A stretch of 64,000 nucleotides of DNA from NCBI GenBank assembly GCA_051294905.1, contig CM119371.1, positions 39,186,001 to 39,250,000 on the forward strand. Reading direction: 5' to 3'. Every line of letters begins with the position of its first letter. Within the stretch, counting starts at the first letter, position 1. Shown one piece after another: positions 12,414 through 25,900 of this stretch. This stretch comes from Botryllus schlosseri (lineage: Eukaryota). Both the position numbers and the translations under genes were made by a program. The notes below the pieces were generated by a model. That model saw only the letters and a program-made list of their open reading frames with translations, did not search any database and was not told where the DNA came from.

Positions 12414-15167
12414 AGATTACGAAAAGAAGGATAAACTTGAAAATAAGGATTTCTAATAGCCTGATGAAATGAAATATTTGTACATAAATCCGCATACGTG
12501 TTCAGAACAGTGATAGTCGGACCGTTGACACGAAAATTTGACACAACAACACATTAAGTGTAGGAGCACCTTCCTCTTGCATATGATTCAATGCCCCCAG
12601 CCCCCATGCGTATAGTAGTGTGTGAAAACCGGCTCGGTAGAAGAGATATTATTATATTTGGATAGTGACGCTTATGACCGATTAGGTCTTTAGCTCCATT
12701 GTATAGGCTACGTGGTTATTAGCATACACAGGATTTCACAGACATATCTCACACGATAGAACAGATTCCACAACCGGGGTTACCAATTGGGGAGTCGTGA
12801 GAACATTTTCAAGGGAAAACACGATGCCGTAATATTTGCACGATTCAACTAGAGATCGACGGTGAAAATAGAATCGAAAACAATATCATATAAAATGCGA
12901 GACTGTTTCCGGGGTGCCGCATTTACACAACTGGCAGACTGCGAGCATTTGATACGGTATAAATGTGAGTTCGCAAGACGATGACCCGTCCTCAGACGGA
13001 ATAATATAGGGTAGTATACCCGACTCGATGCTTGAGGCGGGAATACGATAATTTATTCCGAAGAGCTCTGCGGGCCCGAATGTAGCTTGAGTGAAAATTC
13101 ATTCCCTGTCTCATCTACTATTTCAGGCCAAGACAGATCCCATCAAAGGACATAACTGAAAGTGACCTACTGCATTTTATAAGCGCGCGTGTTTACTTTT
13201 ACGTGGATCCAATGCATTAGGTACCGCGATATTGTGTGCTAATAATCGAATGACGGTGATGACTTATTTCGCTGTATATCGCGATGTCAATAGAACTGGA
13301 AATGTGTATTTGGGTGTGGACGGCCTACTGTTTCATAGGGATTATTTGAAAGCACTCTCATTCGTTTGTGGAATCTGTAGACCTCTGATAAATCAATAGC
13401 AATATCATATTTTATCGGATCGATTGACGTTGCCAAACAATATGTTTTTAAGACTAAAATTTTTCATAATATGCAAATAGCTTTCGTCTGAATTAAATAT
13501 GATTTGCATATTTTATACGTGACTCATTTCTGCCGATGTGTGTTACTCGCTATATCCGATCTGATGTCAATTGTCTTCGTCAACTATCGCCTCAGCGCAA
13601 ATCAGGGATACAGCATTTCTTGGCTGGATTGATTTCTGAGGTCATTATTGATATCTCGTGATTTGTTAATCATTGTGGGCCAAACTGGGGAGGATTTTCA
13701 TTTGAGAGGCAGTATGTCTACAATTTTGTCTCCGTCTCGTCGTGTTCGAATTATTTTCGAACAGTCAAAAGTAATTACAGTTAAAAAGTAATGAACGAAT
13801 TCGATCTCACGGGATTTCGCATCGAAATCACGCGAGTTTGTGCATTATGAGGGTATATTGGATGAATATTTGCTTTTTTCATAGAATTAGGTTCGAAGTC
13901 ACGAGCCTATAGTAAGGTCGGCTTAGGAATGTAGACATACTTAGCTTCGTCGTACGCAATTACCAATGAGCGAATCAAATGCAAGTCAAATCTCCCGTCA
14001 AATCTTTGCTGCCTGCATACTGCATGTAGCTAGAAGATGTGCCATTTGCGATCAGTAAGAGAAATATAATTTCATCCTTATTCGTGCCGATATGAGACAT
14101 CTAGTAGCACATATCAGCGTTTTCAACAAAGAATTCGTCAACATGTTTCAAGTAAAATGGTTTAAGTGTAGGATGATGACACTTCTAGCCGATTATCGCA
14201 GTTACTAGATTCCGTGCTTGACTATGATCGGATAACGACCTGCAACGATGCCATCGGACATCATCTCATAAAGACATAAATAATTAACAAATCAGCTATC
14301 AGTTTTTCATCGTTTATCGTGGTCGATTCATTTAACGGTCTTTCAATCAAACATTATATAGTAGTTAACGCAGTCGATCCTCTAATGCCCAAAAACATCT
14401 TTATACTCTGGGAATATTTCATTAGATTTGTGCTTTCATTGGGTTATTTTATACAGCCAACTTTGTCTCTGTCGTATTACCGCGTGTGACATCTGGTACA
14501 ACACGTCTCTCACCTTTGAATGACTATGGTCTATTTGTTATCGTAGATCCATCAGCAGCAATGATTTGTGTACGACTTGAGATATCATGTGTTGGTCGGG
14601 TCTCGGGTGTCAGCCATAATAATGGATTCTAAAAGAGATTACTCCAAGTCGTCTCGACACCTACTATCTTGTCACCCTATCGCAGTCTTGTGGTGCTTTT
14701 AAATGCTAATAGACTGATACTGATACTGAGATTGCATCTGTAGGACCTATCGATCAAGAATTCCGGGCGCTCTGTAGTTACGCTATATTTTGCTATAGTT
14801 TATCAATTGATTACAACACGAACCGATAGAAGAGCATGAAGAGACGTACGTCAAAGTGTAATAAGAACTGCCCTGTAGGATGAGAGTAACCAACGCCGTC
14901 TCGTGACTCGGGGTGTTTCACGAATTGCTGAAGTAACTGTGAATGTAATGTGACAAAATTCGCATCATTGAAAAATATTTTTCTCTTATCTCGGTTACGG
15001 AAGAAAAATGCGTCTGGTTGCCATGAAAACTAAAGCTCTATACTTCCTTACGCACAAGGAAAAACCAGTATTGTCAGTAGTGTCGCAAATCAAATCAAAC
15101 TAGGAAATCAATAGTGAATGAACTTCGACAAATATGTCATTTTTTTCCTGAACAGAAGATCCGTTAA

Positions 15168-15270
15168 AGGGAAACTGCGCTCTAAAAATTATGTGGTCTC
15201 AAATTGAAGCGCAAATCGAATACAAATCAAACAGCTATTTTCTTCAGAAAGCCACCATGATGGAGCTGCA
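15168..15270 (+). mobile_element. Possible Kolobok-like element left end
   Basis: TTAA followed by AGGGAAACTGCGC; related sequence at ~8580-8670; no matching right end found. Confidence 0.3.
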
Positions 15271-16917
15271 ATTAACTGAGATTTGCATTAGATCTTTCCG
15301 TTCCAGCTGTCGCGACTGCGGGTCATACTTTCTTAAACCGTTTCGACATTGAAAATTGACATCATGGAACCTATGCGATTTAGTAAAGTTTCCGAATATG
15401 TTTTCTGACGCTTCGATTCCGCTATTTATATTCCAGTACTTCTGTGGTGATGTTGGAGTCGGTTAAGTTGTTAAATAACTGGAAAATAATGACCTTTCTC
15501 TGCGCCACACGTTGTAATTTTCTTGCTTATGTCTGTTAGCTGTTTTCAAGTCGCCGCAATGTTGCACAGCGGTAAATCCGAGCAGTCAATGTTTGTACAC
15601 GCCCGAGGGGTGGACATGCGAATTTGTAAAATTTAATAGCACGTTCAAGTACGGTCCGACGCGTAGAATAGCAACAGCAATAAATAGAATCTAACGAAGG
15701 TAACGTGCACGTAGAAAAGCAATAGCAACATACAACCCGATGAAGATAAATCACTTCGCACACTGAAGGGGGGGGGGGGGGCGTCCAGCAACTCTACAGG
15801 CAATGAGAATGAATCACCTAAAATTGGTAGGGATGCGTGGCGCTTTATATTACTGTAGAAGCAGCTCATCTGAGAAGGCTTGATTTCAAACGATTCTTAA
15901 ATTACGAAGACAGATAAATCATACAAGTAACATGCGTAATCGTCATCAGATTACTAACAGTTCAGCACCCTAAGGTTGAACACCCCTGGACATCTCAAAA
16001 GCTTCTTGTAGTTCTCTTATAGTTATCGATACGTTGGTTTCTGTAGGCTAGGCTACATTATGCATAGTTTTATTTATATTTATATATGCTGGGGTGGAAG
16101 GCACACATATTGAAATGAACAAAAGCCGGTGACAATGATGAATAGGCCTACCACGAAGCGCGAAGAAGGTTTTCAAAATAAAGAAATCTGCTCCGAAATA
16201 CTCAACTTTATGTAAAGATTTACGAAATCATGAGAAGTCACCTTCGAGCTTGCTTTGAGGTGCAGCAGTTACGGTCATGCGCTGAATATAATCCTTATTA
16301 TTGTCCAGAGCTTGTAATTATGAAACTAATCACTAATTGCAAATATACGTTGAGCTTAACGCACGACTGTAAATTGGCGTGAATGAATGTCGCACCGTAC
16401 TATTCTCATTGCGATCACAATAAACAAGAAAAACAGGAAATGCGAGGCTAGACACACGTCCCGAAACGATATTTTTTATCGTAATGTTATTATTTCTTTC
16501 ATCGCAAATAAATCGCGAAAAAGCGTTTCAACATGAAAAAGCCTAATCGCTATATATGTTTTTGCTCTCGTATTTTGCGGTCATTGACAGCAAGCAAGTT
16601 TGATGGCTGAGTTTGTTCTTCGGGTTTATGTTGAGGGTCAGGCTTGCGATCTTAGATTTCGGTTGCAAGGTCGCAATGGAAGTTAGTAGTCATGGAATTC
16701 ATACTGGTTTTGCGTGGCGATAATTCGGGCCTGGCACAATCAATAATTTATTTTAACGAGCACTGAATATTTTGTGAAAGTTGGGTTTTGCGGATCGGAT
16801 ATCCGGATATCTTCTCCACGAGTGCCGGTTTCATGTACTAGAATCCAATTAATGTGACAGTCTCCAGCTCCAATACAGATTAAAATATTTTTCCTTACAG
16901 TTCTACATTCCAGCGAG

Positions 16918-19900
16918 ATGCGATTCGTTGCCAGTATTATTTTGCTTTTGGCCGTGGTCTTTGTTGGAGGTGAGTGCGGCGTAAGAATCGTTCGGAAACG
17001 TCATTTTTCAGAAAACTTCTTTCATTACAGTTACCTCAAATGGATCGACAACCAGACATGGCGAGGTAAGTCTGTGGAAAAAAAATTAACTTTCAATTTT
17101 TAATTATGGTGTAGCGACTTTATCCCAGTACAGGGCAGTGCCAATGTACCGGGCCATTCCACGATACACATACGCGAGCAACTATTACGCAACACCTGTT
17201 CGTAGACGACAGAGCGACATCAATCGGTTCTTACGTTCATACCTGTGGGCGCAAGTGTTCAGTGGTGAGTAAGCATTCAGACTAATATTTTGAGCAAAGC
17301 TGATAGATCTGGTCATATTTCCGTTCATAATGTTTGGTTTGAAGATTAATTTTAGAACAGGTGGTCTCTGTTCGCATCGAACGGCCCTCTGGCGAAATAC
17401 GACTATTACGAATTAAGGGAAACTAAGTGAATGTTTATGAAATTCCACGCTGAACGATCGAATCAATTCTTACCTAATAGCATGCAATCTTGGATGCGAT
17501 CTCGTGCGTCATATCAAATCCCACAACAAATATAGAATTTCGAGCTGCTGGGGTGTAATTTAAAGCAGTGGTTTCCAAATTTGTTTTACACCGTGGCACC
17601 CTTTCGATGGTCTCCCTATTTTTCAACCTATTGAAAACTGGTTCATACAGTAACCGACGATTGAATGATGAATGATATATAAATACTATATAGAATTAAC
17701 AAGATAACATTTATTAACATTTCCCATTACTGTGGTGTTTGAGCTTGTTTTCTTGACAGTGTCTTAATTGATGATGGCTTGGTTGCGTAAAGAGCCGGAC
17801 ACATGTAATATTGAATATCAAAGTCACTGCGCCGCTTTGTTTTCTTAAGTAACGACATGCAATGAAATGGCAATATCGTTAGGCTCATAGTCAGCTTTCC
17901 TTAATTTTCACCGATCAATCTGTCTAGCTCTAGAAGCTCAATCGGGTTTCTGTGTTTTCCTGCAGTTTCTTATAGTAAGATGATTGAAAAATAAATTTCA
18001 TGATCATGAGAATGAACTCTTGCTCGAGTTGAACTCATTTTTCGAGTTGAATATGGTATAATTCGGAAGGAAAACCGTGTAGCTATATTTCTAGTTCTGA
18101 CCTAATTTGCAAAAGCTCAAAAGTTTCTAGCTGTCCGACTGTGCTTCTATGTTCGATATTCGTGTCATACGTCAGTAGGGTTGCATTTGAAACAAAAATC
18201 GATTTGAATCAAACATGTTTAAAACAAGGCCCTTGTTTTTATTGTTTTTGTTTTTTGTTTTTTTAATTGGCAATTGAAAATATAGGGCGAAGATGACTAC
18301 TTTAACGAAATATCTGTACTATGTCTGTTGAACCAACTATTTCCAGGGTTCCAACCATTCTATATCGATATATGTCGTCCAAATCGGGTGGTAATTGTCC
18401 GTTGGCTTATACGATATGTTTTTAGGAAAGTAATATCACAATTATTGCATAATTTTACGACTTAAAATAGAAAACAATTTTTTTAAAAGGCCCTAATTTA
18501 AAACACTGTTAAAAACATGTTTTGAACAAAGTGTCTTAAACAACCATTTGTTTTAAATGCAACCCTACATGTCAGTAAGTCTGCCCGAGCGACAGTAGAC
18601 TAATCTAACTTCGGTGAATACAGGTGTGGTCATGTTTTTTCCTGAATGTCTAACAAATAAAATTAACATATACCTAAATGCGTCTCTCTATCAAGCGACA
18701 AGTTAAATATTCGCCCAGGTCTGCTCTCGCCAGCCAAGGCTACAGAGGAGACGGTAGTGTCATCGACGACAACCACAACAACTACGACCACGACAACTGA
18801 TATTCCGGTATGTGGAATGAGCCATTCGTCATGCCGCATTTTTACGGTCGGCGGTCATCATCATAATCAGAACATTCATTCCATAGCACTGATCTATATC
18901 TGCGTACTATCGCTGTTAAACTGACTGTCTCGTGGATTACAACCATACCATATAATATACGCCGGCTAAATCAGGTGGTAGTCGTCGGTATATGCTCATG
19001 CAACATGTTTTTGGAAAGTATTTACACAATTATGGCATAATTATACAACTTAAAAGAACACACAATCTTTTTTAAATAAAGGCCTTTGTTTTAAATTCAA
19101 ACCTAGATGCGACTATATGGTAACCTGGCTTTGTAATAGTCACATAAACGAAAATGAATTATTACAGGTTTCCGAACCGATTCTGTTTTTCTATTGCCTG
19201 ACGTACGAATGGAATTGACAAGTGACCATGCACACATTGTAATAATTACCGATTAACTCCAATACCAACAGATGTTGCGAAGCAAAATAGTGTAGTATAA
19301 CGGCGACAGTGAAACGATTCTCGACCAATTTCAAGCAATTTTTAACTTGATTTCGGTTGTTGTTGTTGTTGATTATTATTTGATTGGCGATTATAACGCA
19401 AGTGGTTTTGTTCGCCATATCCAAAAAGTCATTTATCATCTAGGGGTGGATACTGCATTACAAAATATAAACTCAAATATATGGCTTTGTTGCGAGAACG
19501 AATTCCACAACGTATGGAAAAATATGCGTGTCAGTCAAAAAGTTTGTTACGGTGGGAGCGATATTCTTCCTTCGACACGTGTCCTCGAGAACTCTTCTCT
19601 GGTGTCTGTAATTTCGACACGTCAATAAATAATGGGCGACACTTTCTTCTTGGCGGCACGTTGAGGAATTGGCTGATTCTGCTATTCCCAATTTGAATAG
19701 ATGTGCCTGTAGTCCACAATGTCCGGTTTGTAGTCGGAACATAATCGCTTGAAACCTTTTCGGTAGTCCATTCACGTCTGCTCTGTGGTAGACGGTTGGA
19801 AAACATTCCTTATATTGTTGCGACTTATCCGATTGCGAATAGCGGTTATTCCATAGTTCGATGCACGCCTTCCGACGCGAAGCAGCGATGTCTCGTACGG

Positions 19901-22900
19901 AAGGTCGTTCGCACACTGGCTTGACTCGCTCGTCTGGCCAATTCATCTGCCTTTTCATTCCCGGGAATTTGATAATGACCAGGTATCCGAACAATAGCGA
20001 TCTCGTATCCTGCCTCCGATATCGGATGGATCGTTTGTAAAATTGGTGCGACGAAGTGATGTGATCGCCCATAAATATTGTCAATCGCTTGAATTGCGCT
20101 CAAGCAGTCCACGAGTATTAGTATATTGGAATTGCTGTTTTCCACAGCCCATTGTAGAGCTAAGCTTATTCCCACCAATTCTGCAGTGAAGGAACTCGAT
20201 TCCTTTATGATAGTGGTTGCGCCGTTGATAGTTCGCTATACATAAAACGCCGCCGCAGTACCCGTCGTAGTTTTTGATCCGTCAGTGAAAATCTGCAAGT
20301 ATCCGGGGAATCGTCTACAGATATGTTCATTGATTACCGGTAACAAAGAGGAACATTGTTTAAACTGCAGACTCGTCAAAGTTAAATCTATACGTGCCCG
20401 ACGCAACGTCCAAGGTGGATGGGTTATTTTACTCAACTGCAACAGACCATCTCCATTTTCGTCGCAATTCCGGCGATATGTAATTTGACTGAAGCAAACA
20501 AATTGCTTTCTTTTCGGCCATTGTTCCTCCCACGATAACTGGAGAAGCTGCTCTCGCCACGGGTGCTGCAAATCAGCATTCACCTTGGATCTGAATTTCA
20601 TACATAAATACCTGTGTCGTAGGTCCAGTTGCATTTCCCCACACGCAGACAGTATGGAAATAATTGGGGTGCTCCTCATCCCTCCGCAACAAAGCCGCAG
20701 CGCGTTGTTTTGTAGACGCTCTACTTTTTCTAGATATAGTCGGTGACCAAAATGAAATGCCTCAATTCCATATTCAATTATAGATCGAATAAGAGTACGA
20801 TAAAGGTTAGCATAGTTTCTTTTGCAGCTCCCCAAGAGGTTCCTGAAATCATCCGCAGAAAGTATATTCGAGCAGTGCATGTGCATTTACGTAAAACAGA
20901 TTCAACATGTAGTTTATATGATAACCTCTTGTAAAAGGTAATTCCGAGGTACTTTGCCGATTCTGCTGTCGCTATGTTCTGACCACTGTATTTAAATTGG
21001 AAATTTGGTATTTTCCTTTTGTTGCTAAAGACAACTGGCACCGTCTTTGTTGTATTGACTTTCATTCCCCATTGATCGCACCACCGTTTAAGACAATCCA
21101 AGTCGTTCTGTAAGGAGTCGGATACATCGTTCATGCTCATTCCAGACTCCCAAAACACAAGATCGTCTGCAAACAGAGCGTTCTTGGTGGAAAGACACTC
21201 TGGAAGGTCGTTAATCATGATCAAAAACAATATTGGACTGATTACGCTGCCCTGTACAATGCCTGTCTCGATATCGAATGTCTGTGACAGATCATTTCCC
21301 ACGCGAACTTGAGCGGTTCTCTTCGATAGGAATGACGACAACCACCTAATGATTTTACCCCGAAGACCGGTGGCAAAAATTTTTGCCGGGAGGCCTTTCT
21401 GCCAGACCGTGTAGTAGCCTACTTGATTTCGGTGAATGGGAAATATGGGAGAGAAGTGGCGAAATATATTCCATTACACAAGCTGTGCGTATATGTCTTG
21501 TACCTACTGACGATGCTATGTCAAAATATTCAATCCATGTAATTCTTTCATTTATTTTATGTGCATTGTACAATGATTTCTGATTAATCATTTTACACTT
21601 AAATATAAAAGTCAATAAATCTTATCATCAGAACACGCTAAAAGCTTGATGTACGTTATATTTCAACAATATGGATACATCTTTTGTTGGAATCATATGA
21701 CATATTTATATACACTTTTGTAACCGCTCGGTTCCGGAGCCACAGTGACTCCGGACTATCTGGTTGCAAGACCAGTCATGCGTAAGGTAGCATGCGGTAT
21801 TGGGAAAGAGGAAGTGATTGAGTTCGTCTTTTGTATCGGATTGAAGTTGGTCTTGGAGTATCTTTGTGTGGAGTTGTTACTGTGTTAAGTCTTGGATTGG
21901 ATTGGAAGTATTGATGTATGTTTATTGTGCCTGCCTCCGTTGTAATATATCCGTCGAATCTGCAATGTGTCTCTGGGTCCAGTCGAACCTGAAGTAACTT
22001 AGCCGCATTCAGTTAGATAGCGAGGACTACGACCGAACGGCTACAAATGGCGAGCACGCATCAGGGTGCGTGCTCGCCATTGTAGCCGTTCCCTCGCTTA
22101 TCTAACACTGTAGCTGAAGAGGATGACTATTCCTTTCAGGTTCTTCCCTGGATACACAGACTGCACCGATTGGAGCGGATATATCATGTATTCACCAAAA
22201 CGCACAGGGCACGAGCCCCTGCACGAGCCACGCTCTCGACAACTCAACTCAGAAGGCCTTTTTTCCCTTGCTGCATGCATGAGTGGTCTTGCCGCGCAGA
22301 GGTCATAGGTCAGGCGGTTACACTTTACCTGAATCCAATGCCCTAAATAGCTCTTCGTCCCACTTTCTGAAAACTTCTGTTCCATAAGAAGATATCATAC
22401 AATTTCCGTGAAGCTAAATATATATATTCACGCCATTTGCTCAGAAAGCGTCAACCGAAAAAACGAATTCTTAAGCGCAATAGTCGCGGCGTGTGACACA
22501 TCGCCAGTTTCAACATCATGAACGGGACATTTGGTGTTCCCTGGGCTATGTTTCAAACTACCTCGGCTAAGCGACTATGTTTCAGAAATCGAAGAACTCT
22601 ATCAATCAATCCATGCAATGCGCATTATTACTAAGTAGGGCGGTTACGTGACATTAAATTATGGTTTTGGCATTAAGTAAGTATTTTGCTTGTTTTATTA
22701 GGTTATCGCGAAGTTTTGAAGGCTTACTAAGAAGGGCATATCCATCGGTCGTGATTTAGCATTATTACTACTAAATTTCTGCGTATCAGTGCCTCACTGA
22801 ATCTGCATATTACTTCTACTAGGAAAACTGTAAATAGCGTAAAGTAAGTCACAACATGGGACGAAATAGACCTAGAAGAAATGGAAAATTAGATCCGTAA

Positions 22901-25900
22901 TGACAACACAGGAAAACTACTTGGGTACTTCGAAAAACATAGGTACTTCATTAATGACCATCCCTGCGCAGCACGAGGTCGCAAATTAATAAATATCAAA
23001 ATGCTGTCATGTTTCAGGAACGATTTAGGGATTGGGAAGAATACAAAGGATGTCGCTATCAGGGGGGCGGAGACATCACAGGTCCCTTCGATGCAGCACT
23101 TGCAGATTGTCAGGGAAAGGGCGCCAACCTAGCCCATAAGAACGTCAGGACTGCGGCCGATCGTGCGTGAGTAATACTGGTTGCTTCACGTTCAATTCAC
23201 TTCAATTCAATCTTGCTTTTATAGTTCTGAATAGAGTCAAGTCGAATCATATTTTAACACACCATATCGAGTCAGGTCCTAGTACAAGGCAGGTTGCAAA
23301 TTGTCAAGTCCGAGTCGAAGTGTTGAAACTCGATTCCGAGTCCAAGTCATTGAGTTCACTGCTCATTTTCAAGTGCAATCCAGTGCAACTCACAGTTTTA
23401 CAAGATTTTTCGAGAATGAAAGTTGATGTACCCAGCATTTACAATATACTATTTCCCCACTTTATACAGATTCTGTCCTGTTTTACAAAACCGGTACTGA
23501 TGGTGTAACCGCTCGGTCACGGAGTCATAATGACTCCGGACTATCTGGTTGCAAGACCAGTCATGCGTAGGGTACCATGCGGGATTGGAAAGAGGAAGTG
23601 ATTGGAGTTGGTCTTTTGTAAGTAGTTGGGTTTTGTATGGAGTGGGTCTTGGAGTATCTTTGTGTGGAGTTGTTACTGTCTTGGTCTTGGATTGGATTGG
23701 AAGTATTGATGTGTTTATTGTGCCTGCCTTCGTTATAATATATCCGTCAAATCTGCAATGTGTCTCTGGGCCCAGTCGAACCTGAAGTAATATAGCCGCA
23801 TTCAGTTAGATAGCGAAGACTACGACCGAACGACTACAATAGACTAGGGTTACCATCAGACATGGGGTAATCGCGATTAGTAATCGTAATCGATTACGAC
23901 GATTACAGCATTTTCAAGTAATCGTAATCGCAATCGATTACATTCGAAAAAATCCCGAAGTAATCGTAATCGTAATCGACTACTTCCCATATTTAATCGA
24001 TTTCTTTGTGAAAGAATGATTACTTTTTATTTGTACAAGGACTGTGACATAAACTGAACACTCGTGAACAAAGAAGAGATATTATACCAGTTATTTAGAG
24101 CACAAACGTCTGATTTTCAAATGCCACTGCTCATTATTACGTCAGAGCTAGCCTATTAGCTTTGCTCGTCTTTGCGTAGGACGTGTACACACATAGAAAA
24201 TATATATTCGATGTACATTAGTGTGATTGTAAGAAAACCCACCGTGCTGTATATCAGTTTATCAATACATTTCAGACGCCACTACCTCGCATCAGGATAA
24301 TTAATCATAATCACCTCTCTGCGTAAGTTAAAATAGCAACTTTTATATTGATGTTTGGTTATGCTTAGTTAAACTATAGAATGTAATAGTTCTAATTCTA
24401 GAGTTAAATGCAGTTTCACCGTTGCTGCTTGGCGAGCAGTAGGCCTATATGGTATGAACGTACAGCTGACAAAGGTTTAAAATTTTGTACTCGTCAAATA
24501 AAACATTACGGTTTCCACAACGAAGCATTAAAATCACCAGCTGCTGATATATATCATAACTGGGCCGTTGTTTTGCCATTTCTCGTAATGGCAGCTTGCA
24601 TTACATTATCTACATTAAGTTGAAGGCAGAATTTTATGTTCACTTTATGTTATTCTCATATTATTCTACTCAAAACGGGCGCCAATCGCTATTTCACAAT
24701 TCTTTACTGAACATTTGGACTTGCCGCCATAGCCATTAGCGCGGGTTGTAGCTAGAATCAGGATCAAAACAGCAAAAGCGTCCCATAACCAAACTTTGGT
24801 CTTGGGCCCCTATAGGGTAGTCAATTTGGAAGTTGAAGATTTAAATTCGTCAGCAATATTGATAATTGCATTATATTGCATTTTTAATCTTATCTCAGCG
24901 CCCGATGGTCAGATTTACCTGAAGAGGAGGGTGGGGGTGGGGGGCGTAATTTATAATTATAACATCTGGTATCTTGCAATAATCACTTTATTGTACGTTG
25001 CTACTTCGTGACCTCCGGTCTGTTATATAGCCAAAAGATATTGATTGTAGTGGCCCAAACAGCAGACTAAAAGAAAAACTTGCGTGAGTCGCACTCACAA
25101 ATTGTCATGTCTAATGCCTGTGGGTGCCCGGGTGGAATTTACATCGTGGGCTCAGATTGGAAGGAATGGACTGTAAGTCACGCCCACCCAGCGCGGCTAT
25201 TAACAATGGACACATACCCCAAGTTTTGGCCAATGTATTTCCTTAATAGCACACTTCGTGGAGTCTCATGTTGGCCGAAACTGCATAATTATGTCTTTTG
25301 ATGTGTCGAGGAGCGGTATTGACTGGCACCTAAATGCCTATTACCATGAATTATGCATGTTTTATTTCTTGAGGGGGAGACGTATGCATTTTGAAATCAA
25401 GCTATCTAGAGACATTCAAATCGCAAAGCTCAAAGAGAAATTCCGAGTTAATGAAATCTCTCGAAAATGCTCTATAATTTATGTTGGTTTACAAAATACT
25501 TTTGAGTCCCCTCCAACCACGCTCCTCACCCTATATGGGGGTGCGGCAGTTATGGACCTGGTCAGAATGCAAATCATTGGGTGCGATAAACCGTCCCCTA
25601 TATTATGGACAATGCGTACATTATGACGTAACAAGGAAATGTTCCATCTTTTTTAAAGACAGTAGTTATATCAATCGGCCTTTCCGGCGCAATCCAATTA
25701 TTGTCTTCCAACATAACTACTACGATGCAAAATAAATGTAATCGTGAGTAATCGTGATTACTTTTCCAATGTAATCGTAATCGTAATCGACTACTTCCCG
25801 ATTTTGCTGTAATCGTAATCGTAATCGTAATCGCGTGATTCCGAAGTAATCGTAATCGCAATCGATTACATTCATGAAGTAATCACCCCATGTCTGGTTA

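Noticed and set aside
21719..23838. Two similar LTRs as the ends of one small LTR retrotransposon
   Set aside because: No shared outer TSD, no PPT before the second LTR, the second LTR has its own 4-bp TSD, and a host lectin exon lies between them.
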